Under the pieces are notes generated by a model that was not told where the DNA came from, ran no database searches, and saw only the letters and a program-made list of their open reading frames with translations. 64,000 nt of DNA, taken from Macrostomum lignano. Taxonomy: Eukaryota. This document shows, in pieces, positions 23,664-35,197 of this stretch (within the stretch, counting starts at the first letter, position 1; every line of letters starts with the position of its first letter). Location of the stretch: assembly GCA_002269645.1 (NCBI GenBank), contig NIVC01001835.1, forward strand, positions 1 to 64,000, in the 5' to 3' direction. A program made the position numbers and the translations under genes.

Positions 23664-24689
23664 ACTTAATTGGTTTGTTATTATCTGCTGTCTGCTGTTG
23701 GCTTGTGCGGTGTCTGCGGCAGCTCATGACTGCAGAGACCGCATATTTTTTACCGTTGAGATTCTAGTTCTGTCTTGCGAGTATGACATTCTCCCCTTCA
23801 GCCTCTCAGCTCCTTTGAAGTTTGAATTTCATAGGTCCGGTTATTTGCCTTAAATTCATCTTTCCGACTCTTAGAAATGTAATTCACCATTTCCTTCTTC
23901 TTTCCGGGAAAGTTAGACGACCTTTCCCGTGAATCTGAAATTCTCTCTAGCTTTAATTTCTTTTGGATATTAAAAAACAATACGTCATATCTCAAACTTT
24001 TTAGATCGTCTGACGGAAAGATTGCAACAATGGTCAGAGACAAAAAGTGATTTTGATTACTCAATTAACTCAATTATTGTGTATTCATAATGAAGTGCTG
24101 CAAAGTGCTTTGTTTCATCTCTCTTAGTAATGGAGCCAATGTGAATTTTTTATTTTTGTAAATACTTTCCTAAGAGTTCAACCCTATGAAAATTAAATAT
24201 CGTTCATATATCTACTGCACGTGAAGGATGCTATAATTCTTTTTTAAAAGTACTCGATTTGCACTAAGCTATTTATTACCCCGACTGCACTCTGTGTTGC
24301 TACTGTTCAATTCAGTTTCTATTCATGGTTGTCCAATGCTGTTGAGCTTTGACTTTTAATTGAAAGCATAGAAAGAGAAACTATTGGCTAATTATTACTT
24401 CATAGTACACTTCAAGGCTATGCAAATAAAAGCTTTGTTAAAAATGAGTGCTTTCTGCTTTCAGTGTCGATTTTATTTACGTTGTAGTATCAATGTAGCA
24501 CAAAATTTCCCCAGTTCTAAATATTCATTCGTAGCGCTCAGATCTTGATTGCTTAGCCACTTCCAGTCCCGCAATTCCTCAATATCCTAACCACCCTCCA
24601 AGATTCTCATTGCTAGACAGATCCCAATACTTGCTCACCTATCAGGCGAATCACTACATATTAACCGGCATCGTCACGGCGCATTGAAT

Positions 24690-24976
24690 TTCAGTATTTT
24701 CGTTTGTTAAAAAATCTGCTTGCTGCTGCTTCTAAAAGCAGACAGGGGCTAAACGCATTTTCTGGTCCGTCTCAGCTTCGAGTCTTGTCATCGTCAGCTA
24801 CTAAGAATCAAGCCCAAGTTATCCGTTGCCATGGCGACAAGAAACGCGAAGATAAAAGCCGCTCAAATGGCGGCACTTTTGCCGCTGTAACCGCCTCAGT
24901 TGCTATGGCGACTGTTGCCGTTAACAGAGATAAAAATAATGAAGAAAAAGATAAGCCTGAAAATGAGAGAGCATAG
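24690..24976 (+). pseudogene. Truncated duplicate of sulfite oxidase exon 1 (transit-peptide part only)
   Basis: 24714-24964 aligns to 26482-26743 (LLAAASKS..LNAFSGPSQLRVLSSSATK..NGGTFAAV..SVAMATVAVN). The ATG is not retained, there are small deletions, and homology ends before the b5 domain. Confidence 0.8.
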
Positions 24977-26427
24977 AAAAGAGCATAGAAAACTCTTTCT
25001 AGTCAAAGCGCCCCTTTCATACTCTTCACATACTCTTTCTCATAACCCCTCATATTCTTCATACAGAGGAAGAGAAAGAAGTATCAAGGCGCCAAGGTTA
25101 GGGGAATAGGTTGTATGAGGCTGCAAATGGGAGTTGTCTTGACTGGAAAAACTCCTTTTGGCTTTGGAAACCGGAGCGATGTCATGGTGATGGTGAAGAA
25201 GACTGAAAAGTGCTCATCATCAACTCCTAGGGCACTGTGGTAAGCACACTGTGGCAGTCACTTTTTACAGGGTGGGTGTATGAATACATTTTTAAATGAA
25301 GCTGCTATCTCAGACTATATACAAACATAATGAGATCGTAAAAATTGCTATATAAATGTGTTGCTCTAAGACTGTAAGTGTTGTCCCTTGATCTTGATGC
25401 AAATACGAGTAAAAGCATTGCAGCGTGCTTTGATAAACATGAGAGGTTTTTGCTTCTGTGTCAAAAAAACTAAATCTTTTTCTTCATTATTGATTATTTT
25501 CTTGATGTTTAAGTGTCGAAATAGCAGATCCCAGAACCCCCAGATCCTCAGTTGTTAGGCCACTTCCAACATTGATTCAGAGCACAGGAATTTCCCGCAG
25601 ATGATTTGCCCGCAATGCTGAACTAACAGTAATGTAAAATAGATTTAGTTAATTGCCGACCAAGGCAAGCTTTTTTACTGGGTTAAGAAAAGAGACACGA
25701 GACCCAGCGAGGCTTTATTATCACGGGGTGAGAGACTTTAGTAGCTAAATACTAATAAAACGCGAAAAAAGGCTAGGTTTCTCTGTTAATAGTGGGCTGA
25801 CGGGTTAGAAGTCAAATCTCGCTGCAGTTGAAGCAACAGAAAAGGGTGTGGACTTTGTGGACTCTGCAGCTCCGCGTTGCAGTCTTTCCGGAGAGGGTGT
25901 AATTGTACAACTTTGCATGGACAGTTAGCGCTGGCTAAGCTCATGACATTAGACAAGGACGAAAAGCCAAAACTTTTGACCTTACAATACTGACCTAGTT
26001 TTTTTAAATTTATACTATGTAGCAATGATAAGGAGCTGTCAGATTGACAAATAACTCCAATTCAAGCTTGAAACACTATTGTATGACGTACGAGTACAGC
26101 AAAACAGGTGCATTTTTGTGTATGAAGAATAATATCGTGATAAAGCCAGGTATAGTTAGATTTAAGAGCTTTTATCTAATCCCTGGATTTTACTAATTTC
26201 TACTTTGGACTATAAGAAAAAGCATTGCGGGCAAATCTCAGGTCAATTCTCATTGCCTCCAACATTCCAGATCCTCCGTTATTGGGCATCCTCCCAGATA
26301 TTCAGTTGCTAAGCCACCCATATCCCTCAGTTGCCAGGCCACCCTTCCAGATCATCAGTTGCTAGGCAGATGCCACAATACTTGCTCCTAGCAGACCACC
26401 TTCTACACTTGAACCGGCATTGAATGC

Positions 26428-28929
26428 ATGTATTTGCGTCAGCTAAAGAATCTCACTGGGACAGCGGTATGCTGTCGCCAGCTGCTTGCTGCTGCTTCTA
26501 AAAGCAGCCAGCGGCTAAACGCATTTTCTGGTCCGTCTCAGCTTCGAGTCTTGTCATCGTCAGCTACTAAGGAGAATCAAGCCCAGGTTAACCGTTGCCA
26601 TAGAGACAAGGAACGCCAAGAAAAAAGCGGCTCAAATGGCGGCACTTTTGCTGCTGTAGCCGCCACTGCTGCCTCTGTTGCTATGGCGACTGTTGCGGTT
26701 AACAAAGATACTAATAATCAAGAAAAAGATACGCCTGGAAATGCAGCGAATTTGCCCAGTGTCACATTAGAAGAGGTTGCAAAGCACAACAGCTTGCAGA
26801 CAGGTGTCTGGGTTATTTATCAGGTAATTTCTGCTTGGTAAGATAATTACTATACTGTACAGATACTTGAGTACTCGTACAGTTCCATCTTTTAAGTACA
26901 AGAAATAATTAATGGTGAGCACAGGTAATGATCAATGGTAAGCACAGGCTACTTCACTCCAACTCCAGAACACAGTGTACGACGTGACCAACTTCGTAGA
27001 CAGCCACCCAGGCGGCGAGAAGATACTACTAGCCGCTGGCAAAGACGTCGAACCATTTTGGGATCTGTACGCGGTGCACAAGTCTCCGCACGTGCTGAGC
27101 ATCCTAGCTGAGTACGCCATCGCCCGTCTGACAGCAGCAGATGCTCTTGAGCTTCAGCGTCGCAAGGCTTCCGAACAATCAGACGACGGTGGCAAGTTTG
27201 CCAACGAGCCAAAACGTTCACCTCTGCTGGTGCCAATTAATAAACGACCTTACAATGCGATGTCACCGCCAGAAATTCTCATGGACCACTACTACACTCC
27301 CAATGCCATTCATTTTGTTAGAAACCATCTGCCAGTGCCTAAGCTACCCGAGGACGCCAATTCCCACAGGGTCAAACTGGATCTGAAGGATCCAACTAAC
27401 GAAGAGAGAGTCAATCGCAGTCTAAACGTTACTGTTGAACAATTGCGCAACGATTTTCCTCGAGTTAGTTACGACGTTACGCTTGCATGCGCCGGCAATA
27501 GGCGCAACGAGATGGCGCAATGGCGTCAAGCTAGAGGTCTGGAATGGCGCCAAACTGCGGTGTCGAACGCGCGCTGGACTGGCGCGCCTCTGCATTTGGT
27601 GCTGAAGAAGCTATTTGGTTTAGACTTGGATAAGGCTAGGAAACTGGGCTACAGGCATGTGCAGTTTGAAGGCATGGATGGGGACAGCATTACAGGTGAC
27701 TTTTATGGCGCTTCGGTGCCTGTGGAAGTGGCGCTTGATGAGTCGCGTGGTCTCCTGCTGGCGTACGAGATGAACGGAGAGGCGATACCAGCTGATCATG
27801 GGTATCCGCTGAGGGTTATTGTGCCTGGTTAGTGGTTTTATTGGCTTCTGTGTCTATGATAGTTCACTGCTCTGTGTTAAGTCTGAGAACCGTTTCTAAA
27901 CTTAAACTTAAAGTCGTCTAGAATCTACCCGTGTCTAAATCGCTCTGGAACTCGTCTTAATTGTCGGAAGACAGAGAAGCAGCTCTGAAAATTGTCACTA
28001 GGCTAGATAAGAATCATCTCTAAATCGCTCTGAGAATCGTTTCTGAACTATAATACTCATATAATCGTATTTAGAACCATCTGAGAGTAGCCTAAAAATC
28101 TTTGAAAAAATTTGTCCTCACAACTCTGAGATTAACTTGAAAATACCCTTGAATTGCCAACATACCGTACTTTTAATTAAAAAGCCTACTTGTTAATAAA
28201 TAGTAAGCAATCTAAAATTTGTCTTCAAAATGCTTTTACTCTGACAGCCGACCCCCGAGTCATGGTAAAAATCATTCTGACGAGATAAAACCGTATAAAA
28301 CACCAAAGCGTAAAACACCATCAAACAAAAAACTCGACATCTCAGGCGCCATCGGAGCCCGCAGCGTCAAGTGGCTTTGCCGCATCGCCCTCAGCCGGCA
28401 AGAGAGCTCCAGCTTCTGGCAGCGTCGCGACTACAAGACGTTTCAACCATCATTGTACACGCCAACTGTTGAAGATTTCGATCAGGCACCAGCCCAACTC
28501 TACTGGCCAGTGGTTAGCGCAATCTGTTGGCCGCCAGATGGTCACGTGATCAGGGACGGCTACGGCGCCGACGAAGACGAAGTTGTGCAAATCCGCGGCT
28601 ACGCATTCAGCGGCGCCGGAGCTGGCGTAGTCCGAGTGGAAGTGACCACGGACGACGGCAATACGTGGCAATTGGCCCAATGGTGTAACTTGGATGATGC
28701 TCCTGATGATGTAGATGATTCTTTGCATCAACCGTTCGGTCAGCGCTGGGCTTGGCGCCTTTGGGAGGCGACGGTTCCAGCGCCGAAGCCTGGCCAAAGT
28801 GTCACCATAGCTTGCAAAGCTGTTGACGATAATGGGAATCAACAGCCGGAACGATGGAGCTCGGTGTGGAATGCTCGGGGTCTGCTTGGAAACGCGTGGC
28901 ATCGCGTCACCGTGAAGAGAGACCAGTAG
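26428..28929 (+). CDS. SUOX: Mitochondrial sulfite oxidase (transit peptide, cytochrome b5, Moco-binding and dimerisation domains), ~612 aa
   Basis: Exons 26428..26823, 26969..27827, 28346..28929 (phases 0,1). Motifs: HPGG heme motif, FVRNHLPVP, LACAGNRRNEM (Mo-ligating Cys), [50 protein letters not shown]. Confidence 0.96.
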
Positions 28930-29756
28930 ACCGCGACTGGGGAGTGTCTCATGTCTTATGTAGTTTTTTAGTTGAGCCTTTGACTTAATCTTTTCACTCT
29001 TAATGTACTTTTTCTCTGCTCGGTCTTCTTATCTTTATTTTTCTTCCTGCTCTAATCTAGTCTATCTCCATCTAATCTCGTCTAATTTGATCTCTCCTCT
29101 TCTTTTCCAAGAAGTCGCCAATGCAAGCAACCATGAAGCAGGCTTGAGTCTAGACGACGATTTATTTATTTAATATTTTTAAACATTTATCTGCATGTAG
29201 TACTCGTATTTTTAGACTTACTCAGCAAAAGCTATCAGTCTAAACAATGTTTTAAACTTATACAATATTAGCTTTCTGCACGTTTAACCATACCACAGGT
29301 GCTTTATCATTAGCTTATTGAATTATCATAATTTGGTTTAATTATTCCCTTGATATCTCAATAATTTTTTGTCCGGCGCCTTTACCTGTTGTTTTGGACG
29401 AATCTCGTTTGATGCAAACAATTTTTGCATGCATGTACAATAGTTTGCTATTTTAGTTTAACTAGTTTGTCAGATTCTTTTATTATGGTCATGGCTATTT
29501 TCCTTTTTCTCAATACGTCAGGTTTATAAAATGATGCAAATTTAAATTGTTTAATCTCATTAATTTTTCTATCCGTTGGTGTCTGCAGTTGCCCACAGAT
29601 AACAAAACGTTAACGTTTTTTGTATAAAAATATACCAAATAGCTACATTAGAAATTGAGGCACATGAAAGTTTTAAGTTCTTCCACACCTCATTAGTTTC
29701 TATGGCATATAATCATTGCCATAGTTTCCCCAGTGTGAACACCTTACCAACTTTAA

Positions 29757-30090
29757 AAATCTCTCACCCTCAATGTACAGTCCTTGCCAACCCCAATAAT
29801 CTCTCACCCTCAATGTACAGGCCTTTCCAACCCCAATAATTTCTCACCCTCAATGTACAGGCCTTGCCAACCCCAATAATTTCTCACCCTTAATGTACAG
29901 GCCTTTCCAACCCCAATAATTTCTCACCCTCAATGTACAGGCCTTGCCAACCCCAATAATTTCTCACCCTTAATGTACAGGCCTTGCCAACCCCAATAAT
30001 CTCTCACCCTTAATGTACAGGCCTTGCCAACCCCAATAATCTCTCACCCTCAATGTACAGGCCTTGCGAACTCCCAATAATCTCTCACCC
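29757..30090. repeat. 40-bp minisatellite (CTCTCACCCTCAATGTACAGGCCTTGCCAACCCCAATAAT)n
   Basis: About 8 units seen directly. Confidence 0.95.
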
Positions 30091-30951
30091 AGTTTACGGC
30101 CCTTACCAATTATTTCTCACACATCATTTATTCGGATAAAAGCCCAAAATTTAGTCATTGTAATTAAGTTTTGTTTGACAATTAAATATCATTGTTTTCT
30201 TATCTTTATTGTTTCTAGACTTTATTAACTTCGCTTTCATTCCAATACCTCGCTTTATGTATTGAAAGTTTAGCTTGTTCTATTCATTGCACAGATTTTT
30301 TGGTTACTGACAGAATCTCGTGTGTTTTACTATGAAAGCTTTTTTCTAATCTAAAACAATTATTTAACCCCTTTTATTGCTCAAAATCCTACCATCCTAA
30401 AATAGCTATCGCTATGATATTTGATCAAACCATGCATGCGTTGATCGCTTCTTCATTATGAAAATAAATTATTAAACTCAACTAAATAAACTGCAGATTC
30501 AGCCTTTAAGATCAAGTATTAATAATTACGTATACAACGATAAATTTATAGATAGTCTGGCTTTGTCTAATTATAGGTAATTTAATATCTCAACATATTT
30601 TTGAGACTTATAAGAGACCACTAAGCCAACGCGTTACAATTTTTCAATAGATTGATGCCGTATATTTATAGCTTTTTATAAAGGACTTTGAAGATATTCG
30701 ACCTACGAGTAAATCCTCCCTCTATGCATGAGATTCCCATTGACTGATTTTCTCCAGTTCCTGCCTCAAAGCTTGAGATTCCCCATCAAGAATTTGACCT
30801 GCTTAAAAGACTCTAAATTATACAGATCTGTGCGTGCGTGCAAATAGGTAGCTAATAATACGAGCAATATCAGTACAAATGTAATAGAATTAATAAATAG
30901 TTTTAAATTTGCAATGTTCATGGAGGATTAATGAATCAGTTGAGCGATGGT

Positions 30952-32143
30952 TCACACCAGCTCTTGACCTTTGTCTTCGAGCAATTTGTGTCTCGTGCCC
31001 TCGCCATTGCCGCCTCCACTCAGAGCCGCTGAGCTCTGAACATTGTCGATATTGTCGTCCATAGCTTCATCTTTGACGGCGGCAGCGTCATGGGAGTTCC
31101 CATCAACTTGATGCTCTAACTGCTGCTGCCGTTGTTGTTGTTGTTGGTTTCGTTGACGTAGGTGCCGACCGAGTACCACTGCTCCAGCAATGAGGCAGAT
31201 TCCGCCAACTACAGCTGCTGCGGAGCCGAGGCCCAGTGGCTCGAGGTCGCTACGGTCGCGGACTAGCATTTGGCGGACTGCGATTGTGTTTGTGTTGGGT
31301 GCGCGATTGTTGATGTTAATATAGAGGGGAAAGGGGTTTGAGAGAGGCCTGGAAAGGAGTGGGTTTTGAGAGCCTGGCCTGAGGATGGGTGGGGTTTGAA
31401 AGACTGGGCCTGGGGAGCGGTGGGGTTTGAGAGACTGGCCTGTGGAGTCGAGGGGTTTGAGAGACTGGCCTGAGGAGGGGTGGGGTTTGAAAGACTGGGC
31501 CTGGGGAAGGGTGTAGGGGGTTGGAGACAGGCCTGGAGAGGGGTGGAGTTGAGAGACTGCCTGGCTAAAAGTGTGTGGGGGTAAAGAGACTGGCCTGGGG
31601 AGGGGTGTAGGGGGGGGGGGTTGGAGAGACTGCCCTGGGGAGGGGTGGGGTTGAGAGACTGGCCTGGGGAGAGGTTTGAGAGACTTGCTTTGGGAGGGAT
31701 GGTGGTTTGAGAGACTGGCCTCGGGTGGAGTGGTCCGTTTTAAAAGACGTGTCGTGGGAGAGACATAAATTCCAAATCCTACACAGACCTGGCTCGGGCT
31801 CCTCTCCTCTGCAACGGGGCTCGCGGGCGCAGATATCAAATCTGGCGGCCCTCTGCTCGGCAGTCTCGGACACTACCTGGTGAGCAGGAGTTGTCGGTGC
31901 AGCTGCAATTGATGAAGCGTTCCAGTCTCCGGGCGGCATGATGGCAGCCAGATAATCTGCGCAGTTCGGACAGGCCCGGCACCGTCCGGTCGCTTCGTCT
32001 CGATAGCGACTCTCGCCGCAGTCGCCTGAGCCTCCGCGACTGCCTCCGCCGGCGCCGCTCACATGTTGGACTTGAATTGCTGCTAGTAGCAAGAGGGCCG
32101 CTGGCGGTAGCAGTAGGTGCAGTCGGCTTCCCAGCTGGACCAT
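30952..32143 (-). CDS. Small type I membrane protein with a single TNFR-like cysteine-rich domain, 226 aa
   Basis: Exon 1 32143..31789 (then gtctgt) and exon 2 31277..30952 (after cgcag); phase 1. Signal peptide LHLLLPPAALLLLAAIQVQHVSG; CGESRYRDEATGRCRACPNC plus two further Cys; TM LGLGSAAAVVGGICLIAGAVVLG followed by RHLRQR; short acidic/Gln-rich tail. Confidence 0.65.
31335..31720. repeat. Degenerate G-rich tandem repeat (GAGAGACTGGCCTGGGGAGGGGTGGGGTTT-like) filling the intron of the TNFR-like gene
   Basis: About 10 degenerate units with multiple G3-G4 runs on the + strand and a longer G tract near 31610-31620. Confidence 0.85.
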
Positions 32144-32394
32144 CCTGACTGGTTTTGATCGTTGATTATTGAGTTGGAGTTACTACAGTAGCTCGTACTT
32201 TTCGCACAAACATTAGCATACCTGTAAGCTCAATACTCAAAGGTCATTAACTTCAAAACTCAAAACTCATGCTCAAAACTTCATTAAATTTAGCTTTAAT
32301 ATATATAGTGAAATTTTTAAGCTTAGTTTCTAAAAGATCTTAGAAATTTAGTATATTGTGAATATCAGGTAATAAGACAACGGGCCGTTGTCAA

Positions 32395-32850
32395 AACTCG
32401 CAGCCACCAGTGTGTGGCTTCAAAGCACAAGGAGAGGCACAATGGGCTGCATGACGCCCATCTGCCGGCGATCCCGCCCTGCCGTCCTCTGTACTTCCCC
32501 CGCCCTCCGCAGGGGACATGGCTGTTTTGCCAGGCATCGTCAGCTCCAGGAACAAATCCGCAATGAGGAATGCTCATTCAGCCTCTCTGGTGTTGAGAAT
32601 GCGGAGCACTTCATCTGTGAATGCCCCGCCTTTACCCAGGACAGGCTCACCTACCTCGCCCCAAACTCGGACCTCTCCGACGCTTTCAGGCCCGAGAACC
32701 TTTGCCAGCTCGTCCGCTACCTAAGGCCTACCGGGCGAGCGACAATCCACCTCCTGGACTCTCCGGAGGGGGGACCGCGCTGCGGACACCGCGGCACCGA
32801 CGGATCTCCCAGCATAGCTGCAGCTATCGTATTTGCAACTGAATAAAATT
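32395..32850 (+). mobile_element. 5'-truncated non-LTR retrotransposon (LINE) 3' fragment
   Basis: GHGCFARHR...ECSFS...[19 protein letters not shown] resembles the C-terminal Zn-knuckle-like region of ORF2 in RNase H-bearing LINE clades. Followed by a short 3' UTR ending in AATAAA at ~32842. No RT domain present. Confidence 0.65.
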
Positions 32851-33574
32851 GATACTTACTTTTTTAAGTTGAAATGCTAATAAAATAGTGACAACTTGGT
32901 AAAAATTCAAAACAGCGCGAAGGTCTTGTCAGTTAAGCTTGATCTGTTGTGCATTTAGTTGTTTTTCAAAATACAAATGCGCAGTATAATTCTGTAGCTA
33001 TATACAGCGTATACGCAGCTGCAAGTACAACAGTTAAAGCAAAAGCTGTAGAGATCGAGAACAGAAAGGAAAGAAAAGTTTTGAGCCAATACCAGTAAGG
33101 GGAGGCGGTGGCAAGCCGCTGCTATGAGTTCGATCTATAACACTGGTGAGTGTACATTCAACCAATTGCTTCAGTTGTGCTGCCTTTAGCCATAAGAAAC
33201 CCCTGTCTTTTTTCAAGCGCTTCGACTACTGAATGCAAATGGAGCTGAGGGCTTCTATATGCCTCTGCTACTGACCATTAAAGTGCATGCTTTTCTTTGC
33301 CTGCTATTCTGTGTATTGTTTTAACACTTCTTGTGAAGTACATGTGTACACTGGAGCTATGAATGCTAGTACATTTTAATTTGATAGATAGACTTCAATA
33401 TACTTTGGTTGAAAAAGAACTTACCTTATCCTGAGTGCATTTTTAATGCATATCTGCTTCGGCCTTGGGCTTGCGCTTACTGCAGTCTGCAGTGACACAA
33501 GCAGGAATTTAAATTTGAGGTTGTCCCTAATTGTCTTCTCTGCATCTTGATGAATCTGTTGTCCACGTTTGGGC

Positions 33575-34408
33575 CCCGTGTCTCATGGTTAGCGCCGCTG
33601 TCTCATGGTCAGCGCCCCTGTCTCATGGTCACATGCAGCGCCCCTGTCTCGTGGTTAGCGCCGCTGTCTCATGGTCAGCGCCCCTGTCTCATGGTCACAT
33701 GCAGCGCCCCTGTCTCATGGTTAGCGCCGCTGTCTCATGGTCAGCGCCCCTGTCTCATGGTCAGCGCCCCTGTCTCATGGTTAGCGCCGCTGTCCCATGG
33801 TTAGCGCCGCTGTCTCATGGTCAGCGCCCCTGTCTCATGGTTAGCGCCGCTGTCTCATGGTCAGCGCCCCTGTCTCATGGTTAGCGCCGCTGTCTCATGG
33901 TTAGCGCCGCTGTCTCATGGTTAGCGCCGCTGTCTCATGGTTAGCGCCGCTGTCTCATGGTTAGCGCCGCTGTCTCTTGGTCATGCAGCGCCCCTGTCTC
34001 ATGGTTAGCGCCGCTGTCTCATGGTTAGCGCCGCTGTCTCTTGGTCATGCAGCGCCCCTGTCTCATGGTTAGCGCCGCTGTCTCATGGTTAGCGCCGCTG
34101 TCTCATGGTTAGCGCCGCTGTCTCATGGTCAGCGCCCCTGTCTCATGGTTAGCGCCGCTGTCTCATGGTTAGCGCCCCTGTCTCATGGTTAGCGCCGCTG
34201 TCTCATGGTTAGCGCCCCTGTCTCATGGTTAGCGCCGCTGTCTCATGGTTAGCGCCGCTGTCTCATGGTTAGCGCCGCTGTCTCATGGTCAGCGCCCCTG
34301 TCCCATGGTTAGCGCCGCTGTCTCATGGTTAGCGCCCCTGTCTCATGGTTAGCGCCCCTGTCCCATGGTTAGCGCCGCTGTCTCTTGGTTAGCGCCCCTG
34401 TCTCTTGG
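33575..34408. repeat. 20-bp minisatellite (CTGTCTCATGGTTAGCGCCG)n
   Basis: About 40 units with T/C and G/C variants. Confidence 0.97.
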
Positions 34409-34782
34409 CTCCCCTATCTCTTGCTTGGAGCAAGGACTACTCAACTATGACGGGAAACCACAAAAAATTGTTATTGCTCTCGATAGGAGGCAGACCCAAT
34501 GTTTATCTGCGGTGTCTTTCTTATAGTTCTATTGATATTCATAAAGCTTATGTTGATGTAAAATAATAATGTTTCCCAAACCCCACCTCTCCCCCAGGCC
34601 AGTCTCTAAGCTTCACCCTTCAATCACTCTCCAGGCCCCAGTCTCTCAGTGCATAGAATTCTAGATATTAGAGCCTTATCCAGACTATTTAAAATGCAGG
34701 TTAATATCAGTATTTAGAATTCTATGCTCATTCCGTCAGTATTTACTGCATCCTCTGTTTACGTTGCCGGACGTGCAATCTA

Positions 34783-35145
34783 GACAATGTGCAAACTAGG
34801 GAATGTGCAATTCAGGGAATGTAAAATCCAGGGAATGTGCAATCTAGGGAATGTGCAAACTAGGGAATGTGCAATTCAGGGAATGAGAATCCAGGGAATG
34901 TGCAATCTAGGGAATGTGCAATCTAGACAATGTGCAAACTAGACAATGTGCAATTCAGGGAATGAGAAATCCAGGGAATGTGCAATCTAGGGAATATGCA
35001 ATCTAGACAATGTGCAATCTAGACAATGTGCAAACTAGGGAAAGTGAAAGTTAAGGAATGTGTAATCTAGAGAATGTGAAAGTTAGGAAATTTGTAATCT
35101 AGGGAATGTTCAATGTAATAAATTTGTAATCTAGGGAATGTGCAA
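34783..35145. repeat. 16-bp minisatellite (CTAGGGAATGTGCAAT)n upstream of the fibrinogen-domain exon
   Basis: About 22 variant units ending ~50 nt before the acceptor at 35197. Confidence 0.92.
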
Positions 35146-35197
35146 TCAACATCACAGCATCTTCCGTCCCTGTCTGTTCTTTTCTTCCGCCCCACAG

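Noticed and set aside
30952-31839. 295-aa Pro-rich mucin-like ORF
   Set aside because: Its N-terminal half translates the C-rich intron; only 31277..30952 is exon.
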